Shown here piece by piece: positions 26,827 through 43,168 of a stretch of DNA of 64,000 nucleotides. How positions within the stretch are numbered: position 1 is the first letter of the stretch; every line of letters starts with the position of its first letter. Source of the DNA: Eledone cirrhosa (Eukaryota); the NCBI GenBank assembly GCA_964016885.1, contig OZ024745.1:127844001-127908000 (forward strand), in the 5' to 3' direction. The position numbers were made by a program, and so were the translations under genes. The notes under the pieces were generated by a model. That model was not told the DNA's origin. It did no database searches and saw only the letters and a program-made list of their open reading frames with translations.

Positions 26827-27224
26827 TAATATATTGTTGCACCTATTTAGAATTGATACATGCCCTAGTGTGGAACATTCGTGAATTAAGTGTACCAGCC
26901 ACGAGTATATCACACTCACACCAACAAGAAGATACAAAACATTGACCTCAATATTTTCTCGCAATTCGCCTCTGTTTATGTCCGTAATATATTAATCTTC
27001 CTGGAGAGGGTTGGGCTCCACCAGGTTTAAAGGTTCCTTAGACACACCGTATGTCGGTGCCTCTAAGACTCCACAAGGAGTTATGGGATCTTTTTCCTTT
27101 ATCCTTTTATATTACGATGTTTATAAGGTGCTGGGTATCACACACGATCGATTCTCAGATAGGATCCTTTGTATTTATTCTCTCTCTCTGAGTTTAAATC
27201 CTAATATTTTGGGGTTGATATATA

Positions 27225-27411
27225 TAATTGTTTCTACTTTAGGCACAAGGCCAGCAATTACCTAGTACATTACTGATACTTTATTTTATCGACCCCGTAA
27301 GGATGAAAGGCAAAGTTAACCTCGACGGGATTTGAACTAAGACCGTAAAGGGAGGTAACTGAGCTGCAAAGCATGGCGTCCGACCCTCTACCGATACTGC
27401 CAATTCGCCGC
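27225..27411 (-). mobile_element. tRNA-derived SINE, full length
   Basis: Head, core and tail intact. Confidence 0.88.
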
Positions 27412-27654
27412 TTTTTTGTTGATAAATACAGTGTCAGCCCAATACTAAAGTCTATTTTCTTTCGCTTTATGCCTTTCTTCTTCACATCTTGAACTGTACT
27501 TGTATTCAAACGTCCAGTGTTGTTACATAGTTTCAAGTTTATTCAGTTTGAGACCAATGATAATGGTGCACGTGTTTGTGAAAACTAAAGGAGCATTCGG
27601 CAAATAATATCTGAGCTTACTAAAGTTGTCGTAGTTTTTTTTTTTTCCTTGATA

Positions 27655-27980
27655 ATAATTATTTTATTTTTCCAAATATAATTCATTAGTAGAGAAAAGC
27701 AATGAAGAATGACATGATCCTGAATGAAAACAAAAGCGATATATACAAACACACACACACCGACCACAACTAAATATAGAATGATACGCGATGGGGCCTC
27801 GGTGGTCAGAATGGAGAAGGCGCTTCCCCGGAGGACAGCAAGGGAGACGCGCTGGAAAAGCCACTCCAACTCGCGGGGCTCACACCTGCGGTTGGCCAGC
27901 TCAGCGACTATGGTGGTGAGTAGGGAGGTAGCCCTAGGGCCAAGGGCACTAGAAGTCTCCACTGCCATTGAAAATATTCG
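27655..27980 (-). mobile_element. CRE-clade RLE retrotransposon 3' fragment
   Basis: MAVETSSALGPRA...WLFQRVSLAVLRGSAFSIL resembles the CRE C-terminus (P-A-ET-G..FQR-S-A-QRGNA); 5' junction in a degenerate (CA)n tract. Confidence 0.7.
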
Positions 27981-28602
27981 TGTTTGTGTGTGTTTGTGTG
28001 TGTGTGTGAGTGTATGAGTGTCAGAGTATGCGTGTTTGCGGGTGTTTGTATGATTGTATGCACATGTGTGTTTGTATGTATGTGTGTATGAGTGTATGTG
28101 CATGTGTGTGTCTCTATGAGTGCATGCGCATATGTGTTTTTCTGTGTGTGTTTGTATGTGTGTGGATGAGTGTATGCGCATGTGTGTCTGTGTGTGTGTG
28201 GGTGTATGAGTGTAAATGCATTTGTGTTTACGTATTTGTGTGTGTGTGTGTGTATGAGTATATGCGTGTGTGAGTCTGTGTGTGTGTATGACTGTATTCG
28301 CACGTGTGTTTGTGTTTGTGTTTGTGTATGTGTGTGTGTAATATGAGTGTATGCGCATGTGAGTCTGTGTGTAAGAGTGTATATGCATCTATGTGTATGT
28401 ATGAATGAGTGTATGCGTGTGTGTGTTTGTGTGAGTGTATTTGTAGTTCCATGTATATTATGTAAATATAAAGTAGATAGGTACATATCTCTCAATAAAG
28501 TAGAGTTTATCAGAAGTAATCTTCCAATCTGCAGATTATTTCGCTTTTTACTTGTAAATAATAACAATAACAACTACAACAGCAACAGCAATAATAATGA
28601 TT

Positions 28603-28790
28603 TTTAGTATAGGCACAAGGCCAGTAATTTTGGGGGGGGGAGAGGAAAGTCGATTATATTGACCCCAGTAGCTTACTGGTGCTTTATTTTATTGACTTCA
28701 GGATGAAAGGCAAAGTTAATCTCGGCGGGATTTGGACTCAGATCATAAAGGGGCGTGACTCTATGCTACAAAGTATGGCGTCCGACGCTC
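28603..28790 (-). mobile_element. tRNA-derived SINE
   Basis: Core, B box and tail present. Confidence 0.8.
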
Positions 28791-29320
28791 AACAACAGCA
28801 ATACCACCACAACCACCACCACCAACAACAACAACAGCAATACTAACAACAACAATAACAATAACAACAACAATAGCAACAACAATAACGACAGCAACAG
28901 CAGCAACAACTACAATACTAACAACAAGAACAACAATACCAACAACAACAACAATACCAACAACAACAACAATAACAACAGCAATACCAACAGCAAAAAC
29001 AACAATAACAACAACAACAACAATACCAACAACAACAACAATAACAACAGCAATACCAACAGCAAAAACAACAATACCAACAACAACAATACCAACAACA
29101 ACAACAATAACAACAGCAATATCAGCAACAACAACAACAATAACAACAGCAATACCAACAACAACAACACCACCATCACCAACAACAACAACAGCAATAC
29201 CAACAACAACAATTCCAACAACAGGAATACCACCATCACCAACAACAACAACAGCAATGCCAACAACAACAACAACAACAACAACAATAACAATAATAAC
29301 AACAACAAGCAACAGCAATA
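28791..29320. repeat. Compound (AAC/AAT/AGC)n microsatellite
   Basis: Direct observation. Confidence 0.9.
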
Positions 29321-29891
29321 GCAGGAAAGCCGTGAATTTTAATTATTAAACATAGTTTTATGTTGAATAGATAAAAATATATTCTGAAATCACACCCGAA
29401 AAAAAAAATTGAAACAAAAGACATGCAACCAAATAAAACATTGTTTATAGAGTTGAAACTAAGAAAATAAACGAAAGAAACAATTGGAAACCATTCTTAA
29501 AATGTGTGATATAAATTTAACCACACTTCCTCCCCAATAGATTATTTTTCTATGGAAATACCACCAGTCGGCCGTTATTTCGCCATGTCTGAATATATTT
29601 GTTCGTTTTTCTCTACTCGGTTTCTGAGACAGCCAGACTCTATATAACATTGTAAATAGGCGTGGAGACTAGTGTAACAGGCAGCAAGTAATTTATATCG
29701 TACCTAGACAGCTCAAAGGAGATTAACTACAATGCTTGTCATCAGCAGGTGAAAAAGGCTGGTTTACTAGTATTTTTTTTTCTGTTTATAGTTTGTTATA
29801 TCTCCTTTTCTTTCCTTTTTTCCTTTTTTTCTTTCTTCCCTTCTTTTCTTTCTTCTTTCTTTCTTCCCTTCTTTTCTTTCTTTCCTTCTTT

Positions 29892-29963
<72 letters not shown>

Positions 29964-29985
29964 TCCCCTCTCTCTCTGTATGTCA

Positions 29986-30041
<56 letters not shown>

Positions 30042-32299
30042 ATTCCCCCCCTCTCTCTCTTTATTTCAATTTTATTTTATTTATTATTATTTTTATTTTC
30101 TTTCTTTATACTTTCTGTCTCTGTGGTTGCTGTTGTTTATTTGTCTGTATTGTATATTTGTTATATTTGCTTTAAACATGTATGTGAGCTTCTGACACCT
30201 TCTGTTGAGAGTGAAGGTATGGGCGTAAGACCTCCAATAGGGCTACCCTCGTAATAAGGTACCTATAAATGTCATTGCCGAACCTTGTCCATCCATCAGA
30301 TTCCTTGTCTCACCCCTGCAACTATCGCTTCTATTTTCCTACCGACATTTACATAGATTTGTTTCCTTTAATTTTTCTTTGCTTGTATATATCGCCATTT
30401 TCCCCCTTTCTTTTCTTTCTATTCTTCATTTCTTTACGTCTGTTTTTCTTTTCACTTATTTCACCTATCATCAGATTTGTAAACAAAACATCGCATCTAA
30501 AAAGAAAAGGTAAATAGAAACACAAAAACATCAGACAAAATAAAAATAGAAGCAAACATCACAATGTTTTCGGTGTACTCAACATCACGTGATAAAAAAT
30601 GACTTGCTAAAGTTAAAATATATATCCTAGCAAACTCTTTATTTATTTATATATTTATTCATACATTTTTATTTTGTGTTTATTTTATATATTTATTATT
30701 ATGTTTCTTTTAAATATTTATTATGTATTTATTTTATATATTTATTTTGTATTTATTTATATATTTATTATGTGTTTATTTTAAATATTTATTGTGTTTA
30801 TTTTAAATATTTATTATGTGTTTATTTTATATATTTATTATGTTATATTTGTTTGTTTGTTTATTTTGTTTTTTAATGAAACATTGATTTCTTCGTTTCG
30901 TTTCTGGCGTTGCCTCGTTTTCAGAGTCGCTGTTCAATTACTACCTGACACCTTTGTGTCAATTTGTTTTGTAGTTCCTCCTTCCCTCACCACATAAATA
31001 CACTAGCAACCATTTTAAAATAAAATATTTTTTTTGTCTTTGTCATTTTATTTTTATTTTTACCCAGGGTAGAGAGTGAAGGAGAGAGTGAAGGGGAGAG
31101 TGAAGGAGAGAGTGAAGAGGAGAGTGAAGAGGAGAGTGAAGGAGGGAGGGAAGGTGGGAGGGATGGAAGGAGGCTAGGATAAAAAAAAAACGTGTTCATT
31201 GCAGTGAGATGACAAACACTGAAAGTATTTGGAAGGAATCTTAACTTACCAACAGGAGGAAGAAAAAGAAAAAAAGGAAACTTCTGGCTAAACTATACTA
31301 GACTGACAATAATAAAAAGACACCTGTCAACTGAAGTGTTGTCCCATAATTAAGGAGATGTCAATTGACAAAATAATAGTTTACACGGTTAGAAAGAAAG
31401 AAAGAAAGAAAAAGAAAGGGGAAAAGAGGAGACGATAGACGACAGCATCTCCGTCAATTTGAAGCGTCTTCACATTTTCAGACAGCATTACTTCTTTACG
31501 ACCTGGCGAAGGATCCTCGATCAGCTAGAAATAACAGTCAAATCACTCGGTACTGATTGGATTATTAGAACCTGGTTATAACATTTTTGGAAAAATAATG
31601 GTTTGAATAGCAATGATCATAGGTTATCTCGATTTACAGCTGGCTTAGGGGCTAAACACTAAAGTCATCTTCCTCATCATAATAGTCGTCACAATGATGA
31701 TGATGAGGATCATGATCATGATCATGATCATCAACAGCAGCAATAAAATTAACAGCACTGGCAATAACAGCAATGGCCGCAGCAATAACAATAAAAACTT
31801 TGCTGATTTAAAGAGAAATGGAGAAAGTTATGAGTATCTCAGGCTCATTCCAACGTTAAAACAAACATCAGAAAACGAAATATTTTTTACCATAAGTAAA
31901 GCATAAACTACTATATAAGTTGGTATCATCTGAATGTCAAGTGAATCTTTCCCAGAGCCAGGCATTGTACATCTTCAGTTTCTGTTGAGTTAAAAGGGTG
32001 AAAAATAAATTCATCTTATTAGGACGCTGGAAAAAAACGCATGCAGCTGTTGTAAGATGTATGAGAGGAAACCTTTATTGCTAGCGTAGAAAAACAAAGT
32101 GAACTTCTTTGTGGCCGATTGCTATTCTTGAAAAAGCAGCAAAAGTATTCTTAAAATGCCCCCCCCCCCCCCGCCACACACACACACACAAATCTGTAGG
32201 GACTTGATCAGGGGTTAAACATCAACAATGATTGAAGCTGCTGTAAACAATAGAAAGCTACGTGGATTTCATTACTTTGGCGAAACGACAAAACGTAGT

Positions 32300-32646
32300 C
32301 CTGATTACAAAATATATGGTCCCATAACTCCTGATAGAATCGTTGGGGCGTCGTATTGACATACGGCGTTACTTGGGCATTCTGAACCTGGTGGAGCTCA
32401 TCCCTCTCCAGGCCGGAGTACAGCAGATTTCTTCCAGAGAAAGATAGAAAGTGAGAGAGAGAAAAATGAGAAAGAGATATAGAGGAAGAATTCACCCCAG
32501 TACTAGACTGGTACTTTTTTATCGACATTGAAAGGATGAAAGGCAAAGTTGACCTTAGTGGGATTTGAAATCAGAGAGCAGAGAGCTGGAATGAATACCA
32601 TAAAGCATTCTATCCGATGCTCTAACGACTCTGCCAATTCGCCGCC
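32300..32646 (-). mobile_element. SINE variant with the same core but a longer, different tail
   Basis: Tail GAAGAAATCTGCTGTA..GGGCTCCRCCAGGTT shared with 56168-56500 and about 27000-27090. Confidence 0.65.
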
Positions 32647-33132
32647 TGATTACAGAATACCAGATATAAATCACCCCTCTGTTGGTTTTATGGTGTTCCA
32701 GCTATTCGGTCATTACGTTAAAGACATAGACATGACCGATGTATTACGAAGTACCTTTCACAATTCTGAGATCCCATTGTATATCTTCAGCAAGCACGTT
32801 TAGCACTGCCTCTTTGTGAATCTAATGAGGAGAAACTGTAAGATCCAGTCTTGTAACATTGTGTCATGCATGTTCGGTCTGAAAATTACTTTAAGAGTGC
32901 ATGTAACTCTGAAATATTCAGCCATATAAACATTCATTTAAGGAGTGAGTACTTAGATTAGATAGAAAAACTGGAAGTTGATCACCGATATTGACGGAGG
33001 ATCTATCAGGTTATTCATTTTCACTCTATAATTAACTCCTCATCTAATTTACTTTCTTGTAACGCAAAGGTTAGGATGTATTTTAGGCATAAATGATGTA
33101 TACTCTCATAAATATAATTGGCTGTACAATAA

Positions 33133-33310
33133 TGGTTTCTTATATAGGCACAAGGCCAGGAATTTTGGAAGGAGGGGAAAGTCGATTAAATCGACTCCAG
33201 GATGAAAGGTAAAGTTAACCTCAGCGGGATTTGAACTCAGATCATAAAGGGCCGTAACGCTGCAAAGCATGGCGTCCGACCCTCTACTGATACTGCTAAA
33301 CCGCTGCCCT
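33133..33310 (-). mobile_element. tRNA-derived SINE, internally deleted
   Basis: Head and tail present, part of the core missing. Confidence 0.8.
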
Positions 33311-33581
33311 TGGCTGTGCAATAATGAATAACCCGTTGCTTTATGCAGGCATTGTTAAAGACACGACTACTTTCCAGTTTCACTTTCTTTATTAGAAAGT
33401 TCTCGCATTTTCTAGCAAGGCTTTTACAGTTTTTTTCGAACAACAAACTTCCAAAGTACATAATTTTGTCAACATTTCTAAACACTCATTTTTTCATCAT
33501 CAGGAGTGAAGTTATTATAATTTTACTGCCTCCTTTATTATAGGTATGCGATTGTTATTAAAGTATATGCAACTTCTTTAA

Positions 33582-33797
33582 CCCTTTAGTATTTACATTA
33601 CTTTATATTTACTATTCTATTTTCACGGTAAAGGCTTTACCTCACATAATTATCTCATAATATCGAATCTACGAGATTTTGATATGTATTTTGAGAACAA
33701 TACCTTAATATAAGTATGAACAGCCAGTTATGGCTGGTTTGAACAGAAAGAAGTGAGAGAATTCTGACTGGATATGACCGGCTTAAATGCTAAAGGG
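33582..33797. mobile_element. piggyBac-type MITE
   Basis: TTAA-CCCTTTAGTATTTA ... TAAATGCTAAAGGG-ATAA; second copy at 46988-47575. Confidence 0.75.
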
Positions 33798-34179
33798 ATA
33801 AGTCCGCCATCACTTGGAAAAGATTTCATAGGGTTCTTTCCTACTTTCAAAGAAAATTATATTAACTATAACTAATTCATATATTTCTTATGATACCTAA
33901 ACATATTTATTTTTTGTAATGGTTTAATAACTGTATACATTTGCTGTTATATCATTACATAATTATAGTTTCAAACATAATCAAATTCAAGTCATATCAT
34001 ATTCTCTTTGTTCATCAACTACAAGGTAGGAGCAAAGCATAAAAGAACAAATTAAAAGAATTATATTTTTTACAAAATTTATCGGTGTTGTTACGACATT
34101 TTGTGCTTTTCGTATGTATGTATGTATGTATGTATGTATGTATGTATGTATGTATGTATGTATGTATGTATGTATGTAT

Positions 34180-34708
34180 CACATAAACTAAAAAAGAGGT
34201 ATAAGGATTCCTTGAAAGCCTCTCTGAAAGACGCTAATATCTCTGCTGATACATGGGAAAATATTGCTGCTGATCGTAATAAATGGAGAAAGACTGTATA
34301 TGAGGGAAAGGTTGCCTTTGAGGCATCTCGAATCGCACACGAGAAAGTAAAGCAGGACGTGAGGAGGGGCATTGCTGTTGCACTTCCAGACGGCGAGGGT
34401 CCTCCTATGGTGCTGACATGCAGCGTCTGTGCGAGACTCTGCCTAAGCAAAGCTGGACTCGAAAGTCATCTTGGCAGTCATAAAGTAAGACCATTGGTTG
34501 ACTACCAGGCTTTTTTTCTTTTTTTTAATTTATTTATTATTATTATTATTTTTTTTTTATTTTTTTTTATTATTTTTTTTTTATTTTATTTTATTTTATT
34601 TTATTTTATTTTATTTTATTTTATTTTATTTATTTATTTATTTATTTATTTATTTTTTTTTTCTTCTCGTGCAATGGCCATACTCGATAACGAGGGGGCA
34701 GCCATCAT
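34180..34708 (+). mobile_element. RTE-clade LINE 3' fragment within (TATG)n
   Basis: KKRYKDSLKASLK..WENIAADRNKWR..CSVCARLCLSKAGLESH; terminus GCCATACTCGATAACGAGGGGGCAGCCATCAT. Confidence 0.85.
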
Positions 34709-34777
34709 GTATGTATGTATGTATGTATGTATGTATGTATGTATGTATGTATGTATGTATGTATGTATGTATGTATG

Positions 34778-34975
34778 TTCTTCTGGTTTTATAATTTCAC
34801 AAATTTTTACCAATAGAGAGAGAGTCGGTGTCTAACATAGACACAAGCCTGACTCTCATTGGAATTTACACATCAACTAGGTAGATATGTATGTATGTAT
34901 GCATGTGTAGATATGAATGTTATTGAATGTGTGGATGCGTATGTTGTGAGTTGTATGTGTGCATGTGTATATGCA
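34778..34975 (-). mobile_element. 3' UTR of the second R4-like family
   Basis: Matches 58394-58590; 3' end abuts (TATG)n. Confidence 0.75.
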
Positions 34976-35165
34976 TGAATATGTATGAATACAAGTATAT
35001 ATGTATGCATGTATACATGTATGTATGTATGCATGTATATATGCATGTATACATGTATGTATGCATGTATGCATATATGTATGTATGTATGTATATATGT
35101 ATGTATGTATGTGTGCTATATGTATATATTCTATATATATATATATATATGCATACATATATATA

Positions 35166-35241
<76 letters not shown>

Positions 35242-35245
35242 TATA

Positions 35246-37195
<1,950 letters not shown>

Positions 37196-37203
37196 TATAT
37201 ATA

Positions 37204-37303
<100 letters not shown>

Positions 37304-37712
37304 TATATATATATATTCATATATAAGCGTGTGCGTGTATCAATGATTTTAAAACCTAAAAAGTAAAGCCCAAACCCCAAACATGTACCTAGACATATTC
37401 ACATAGGCTACAGCAAAGTCACAAGAATTGTAAAATGAATGAATGTAACGAAAGCAAAGAGGAGTAGATGATAAAGAGAGGCGGGTAATGGGGAAAATAT
37501 TTGTGTAATTTGCTTTCATCTCAAAGCATATAAAACACAACGATGCAATAGAATTGTAATAATGTTAGCTCTACAAACAAGAACATTAATAATACTGGTA
37601 AGAATAACAATATCCATAATGATATTAATAATACTATTAATAATAATATCAACCAAAATAATAGAATAATGTTTATTGTTATAGAAATTCCTAACCGAAA
37701 TAGTAGGACCAA

Positions 37713-38120
37713 TAACCACGACCACCGCCACCATGATCACCACCACCAACAAGAACAAGAACACCATCACCACTAACACCACCACCACCACCAACATCAT
37801 CGCCACCACCACCACCACCACCACAACAACAACCAGCCCCAATACCACCACCACCAACTCCAACACCACCACCACCATTAACACCACCATAACCACCTCC
37901 ACCACCACCACCATCACCACCACCACCACCTTTAACCCTCCTCCCCACTCCACCACCTCCACTACAGCCACCACCACCATCACCACCACCACTACCACCA
38001 CCACCACCACCACTACCACCACCACCACCACCACCACCACCACCACCATCACCACCACCACCATCACCACCATCATCACCAACCCAACACCATCTTTAAC
38101 ACCACCACCACCACCACCAC
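37713..38120. repeat. (ACC)n microsatellite
   Basis: Direct observation. Confidence 0.9.
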
Positions 38121-38609
38121 CGTCGCCGCTTTCATCAAACGCAGCTATACCACATTTTTCTAATACGTTCACAACCACTACACAAACCTCTTTACTAATC
38201 TCCTGCGCAACTATAATAATAGAACCGTGACAACAACTGCAAAGGTAAAAGAAAAAATCAAACATATTGCAGAAAGAATATTTTGTCGGTTTTTCTAGAA
38301 TGATTCATTCCAGTAGAAACTAAATCTTTGTAATTTGAAATTGAAAAAATGGAAAGAAAAAAAGAACGAAATCCAGAATACCAAAATAATCAACAAAAAC
38401 TCAAACAAGTCTCCCAGAAATAAATTTATAATAAAGTCAAGAAAATCATGAGCAATAACGAATTTAATTCCCATTGAATATTTATTGCAAAATGGTTGCC
38501 TAATGGTAATATTAGAGGAAATAATATAGATATGAATGCATACAGATACATACATAGATATATGGAGGCTGGCATATACATACATACATAAATACATACA
38601 TACACACAC

Positions 38610-38657
<48 letters not shown>

Positions 38658-38738
38658 GTACATGTATATCTGTATGCATGTATCATGATATATATATAGA
38701 TATATATATACAGTATATATAATATATATTTATATATA

Positions 38739-38830
<92 letters not shown>

Positions 38831-38831
38831 T

Positions 38832-38915
38832 GAAAAAGTATGACCCCGACGGCAGATCTCAAGCCGTTTCGACGGTGCGTTATGGTCCATCTGGTCCCTT
38901 ACCACAATTCCTTTG

Positions 38916-38918
<3 letters not shown>
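38832..38918. mobile_element. Family A fold-back with its centre deleted
   Basis: Inverted short arm (38832-38874) joined directly to the + strand 3' end. Confidence 0.7.
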
Positions 38919-38970
<52 letters not shown>

Positions 38971-38994
38971 CACACATATTATATATATATGTAC

Positions 38995-39038
<44 letters not shown>

Positions 39039-39282
39039 TTCTTTTTATATCGATATTTGTCGGGCATCCACTGATGATTTATAAGTGCCCACCTACATAT
39101 ATTCCTACGGACTATTTGTAGGCTTCTACATAACCTGGACATTATTTTCCCAATTTGTAGAAAACTTGTAATGAAACGATCGTTTGGAAAGAGAGATGTA
39201 TTTTAATTATGTCTCATATAAAATAATACAACTGACTATCCGCAAAATACGTATAGTTAGCACCCCAAACGTATAATTGGGA

Positions 39283-39365
39283 TTATACTAAGGTATATCC
39301 TAATGTTTGTTGAGTGAGACGGAAGCCGGTCGGAGTATTGCTTAAAGCTTTCTCTGTTAATGTAT

Positions 39366-39370
<5 letters not shown>
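39283..39370. mobile_element. Short TA-flanked dispersed repeat
   Basis: Reverse complement aligns with 57896-57980. Confidence 0.6.
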
Positions 39371-39410
<40 letters not shown>

Positions 39411-39450
39411 CATATATCTATATAATATGTACGTATATGTATATATATAT

Positions 39451-39590
39451 AGGTACGTTATTCCGGGTTGAATCGGAGGTAACCACAGTAAGTAAGGTAC
39501 TCAATACATAGCAGAGTATAACAGTTTTAATATAGATGAGATTCTATAGGACTAGGACTGTTTCATTCTTTAGAAATCATCAGGAATCTC
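39451..39590 (-). mobile_element. Family B element, single arm, starting at the HHR
   Basis: Colinear with the long arms at 24295, 53451 and 53844. Confidence 0.85.
39538..39590 (-). ncRNA. Complete type I hammerhead ribozyme fold
   Basis: GAGAUUC-CUGAUGA-UUUCuaaaGAAU-GAA-ACAG-uccuaguc-CUAU-A-GAAUCUC: 7-bp stem I and canonical core; one mismatch in stem III against the family consensus CUGU-A. Confidence 0.8.
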
Positions 39591-39642
39591 TCTCTCTCTA
39601 TATATATATATATATACATATATATTATATATATATACATAT

Positions 39643-39673
<31 letters not shown>

Positions 39674-39674
39674 C

Positions 39675-39737
<63 letters not shown>

Positions 39738-39745
<8 letters not shown>

Positions 39746-40392
39746 TGCCCCCTCGTTATCGAGTATGGCCGTTGCACGAGAAAAAAAAAACCAATAATAA
39801 TAATAATAATAAAAACAACCATAATAATAACGACAACAACAACAACAATAATAATAATATACATACACATATATATACACGCACACGCACGCGCACACAC
39901 ATAAACATATCTACACACACACACACGATAGCAACTAACAGCGTTGCGATCGAATTTTGGCAGAGTTGGCAACCAAAACATTCACTGGGAATAGTCGGCT
40001 GTGGTTGGAGTTCATGTACTTTTGCATGTCGTTTGAGCTTCCTGCTGATTTACAGTCTCTACCACAAGCTTGGCAAGCATGATGAGTAGCATCTCCAACA
40101 GCAGCCTGGTTGTCAACCACTGGTCTTACTTTATGACTGCGAAGATGACTTTCGACTCCAGCTTTGCTTAGGCAGAGTCTCGCACAGACGCTGCATGTCA
40201 GCACCATAGGAGGACCTTCGCCGTCTGTAAATGCAACAGTAATGCCGTTCCTCACATCCCGCTTTACTTTCTCGCATGCGATTCGAGATGCCTCAAAGGC
40301 AACTTTCCCCTCATATACAGCCTTTTTCCATTTATTACGATCAACAGCAACATTTTCCCATGTATCAGCAGAGATGTTAGCGTCTTTCAAGA
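39738..40392 (-). mobile_element. RTE-clade LINE 3' fragment, same family as 34180-34708
   Basis: LKDANISADTWENVAVDRNKW, two C2H2-like fingers, same terminal segment of about 45 bp. Confidence 0.85.
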
Positions 40393-40519
40393 ATCTCTTC
40401 GTTTTTTTCCGTTCTTTGCCAGATAACGTTTCCACGAACCAAAGTGTCGTCTTCCTGTCTTCCTCCGGTTGCAACGTTTTTTGAAATATTCACTTCTGCG
40501 TTCACAGATTGACTTTGTT

Positions 40520-40678
40520 AGTTTCAGAAGATCCCGTTAAATAAATAAATCAGCGATTCTTTGCTTAAACTTTAATCTGTTATTTTAATAAATATTTGCT
40601 GTACGGTTCTTATATATTTGATATATATTTATCCTTATCGAGCCCTCTTTGGATTTTAGTCTTAAAATTTATTATTAT

Positions 40679-40683
<5 letters not shown>
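40520..40683 (+). mobile_element. Family E element, single arm, damaged HHR
   Basis: Near-identical to 61531-61693 and begins at AGTTT-CAGAAGA. Confidence 0.75.
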
Positions 40684-40719
<36 letters not shown>

Positions 40720-40756
40720 TTATATTACTATCATTAATATCACTAATATTAATATC

Positions 40757-40937
40757 TGTTTCTACTTTAGGCACAAGGCCAGCAATTACCCAGTGCATTA
40801 CTAGTACTTTATTTTATCCACCCCGTATGGATGAAAGGCAAAGTCAACTTCGGCGGGATTTGAACTCAGATCGTAAAGGGACGTAACTATGCTGGAAAGC
40901 ATGGCGTCCGACCCTCTACCGATACTGCCAATCCATC
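40757..40937 (-). mobile_element. tRNA-derived SINE
   Basis: Head, core and tail present. Confidence 0.88.
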
Positions 40938-41148
40938 ATTAATATTAATATCATTGATATTATATACTAGGTAATTTCTTGAGTGCTTCGAATCTGTTAT
41001 AAATAAATTTGTTGAATTACCAATAAATTAAATATCTCATTGCTTATATATATATATATATATTTGTTATATTTATTACATATACATATACATATACATG
41101 GACTGAGTGCTCTACCACTACGGATATTACCTTCCAGTGTTCCACCAC

Positions 41149-41191
<43 letters not shown>

Positions 41192-41399
41192 CGTACGTGG
41201 ATTTTTGTTTGCTTGTTTGTGTATGTGTGTGTGTGTTATGTATGTGTGTATGTGTGTGTGAGCGTACCTACAGGAAGTTGACTGCTTTACATCCATATAT
41301 CATACTTTCCCACACACGCGTAGCTTATAGATTTATATAATAACGATGTACAGAACAATACAAATTCACTTTCAAAGAATTTCACTTTCTATCAACTAT

Positions 41400-41900
41400 T
41401 AAGGAGGCTGTTGGCTTTCAGAATTTCCGTATCTGGTACCTACATATGAGGCAAGTTCTTTTCCGACTCTCACAGCTGCAGCCCTCAGAGTTGTGACCCT
41501 CTGAACTGAGACCGGTGAATAGTAGTTTTTCCCCCACTGCTGTCTCTTCTCTGACTTCGTAGAACTTCAGCTGAGAAAACCTTCAAATGATTCGTGCCGA
41601 GAGATGTTTAACATCTGCGCTTTCTGCTATACATTATTAATCGAATACCTCCTGGGTGGCTGTGTTGTCTTCGTTAGGCCTTAGAACCATACAATCTAAT
41701 GCAAACCTCAGAGGACCACATGTCATTACTGGTAACTTCAGCGTTCACAATCTGTTCAAAGCTTATGACGATCCAAGTCAAGTTTCGTACTAAATTCTGT
41801 AAACTTATTATGCTGTTCGATGTATTACGGCACAAGCCTGTGTCTAGGGAGAAGTATGGCGCTCCACCTCAGGTGTCAATTCAATTCGTCCTTATTGTTG
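41400..41900 (-). mobile_element. Possible old RTE-like RT remnant
   Basis: Scattered motifs VPDTEILKANSL and GCSCES on the minus strand, many disruptions. Confidence 0.35.
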
Positions 41901-42823
41901 AAAACTAAGCATGCACTGTTACAAGTCCTGCCAAATCGCTAGAACAATAATCACTTGATACTTCAATAAGGGGTCCCCGAGATCGCACTGAAATTCTATT
42001 TTTTATCTTTTTACTCCTTCTTCAATAATATTGTCAGAACAAGAGGTAGAATTTTCCGTAATATCTTTCCCGTATATTGTTATTAATTTTGTGGGTCGAA
42101 AGAGAAGTTTACTTATACTTAACATATGCTAAAACTATTTTCGCTATTCTCCATGTGCAAATTTCGGCTATCGTTATTGTTTGCGTTCACATTAAAAATA
42201 TACGTATGCCTTTTCTGTCCATGCTTTTATTTTCTCAATTTTTCTACAAAACTTTCTATATGCTGCCACCACCTTTAAGTACATAGCGGCTGATGCGGTG
42301 AAAATTCACCGTAGAATCCAAATGTTTCAAGAGCTAAATTACTGTAAATATTCCATATTTTCTGTAAGTGCTAAATTCAAAATCAATTATTCTCGTTTGT
42401 TATATTATCATAAACAGAATTACTTGGGCGTGACTAAGTGTTAAGTACTGTCGGTGAATAAATATCTCGTTTACATTAACAAAATTGTAGAGCCTAGGTT
42501 AATGTACTAATTTCTACTAATACAAACACACATATATGTCTGTCTGTGGGCGTGCGTGCATATGTAGGCTGTAAGTGTACGGATGGATGTGTTTATGTGT
42601 GGGTGTGCGTGCGTATGTAGGTTGTAAGTGCATGGATGTATGTGTTTGTGTGTGCGCGCGTGTGTGTGTGTGTGTGTGCAAGAATGCAAAATATAGAAAT
42701 GTACATAAAATGAAATCGTATACATAAACATTTATGTTTTCTTAGATTCAATAGAATTATATCGTTATTTCGACATCACACTGTTAACACCCTGTGTATA
42801 TATACATGCACATATATACAACC

Positions 42824-42866
<43 letters not shown>

Positions 42867-42893
42867 GCATATTTATATATATAAACACACACG

Positions 42894-42964
<71 letters not shown>

Positions 42965-43168
42965 ATGTATGTATGTATGTATGTGCATGTGTATCTATAC
43001 ACTCTCGCGTATACATATATTTATATACATGCATACATACATATGTATTGTTATACACCCACTCATTATAGTTAAATACAAATAGTTTTTAACGTAAATT
43101 TCCTTTATGGGTTGCATCGTGGAATGTTGCGTAACTCACACGCACCATACATCGAATTCTCTGTCATA

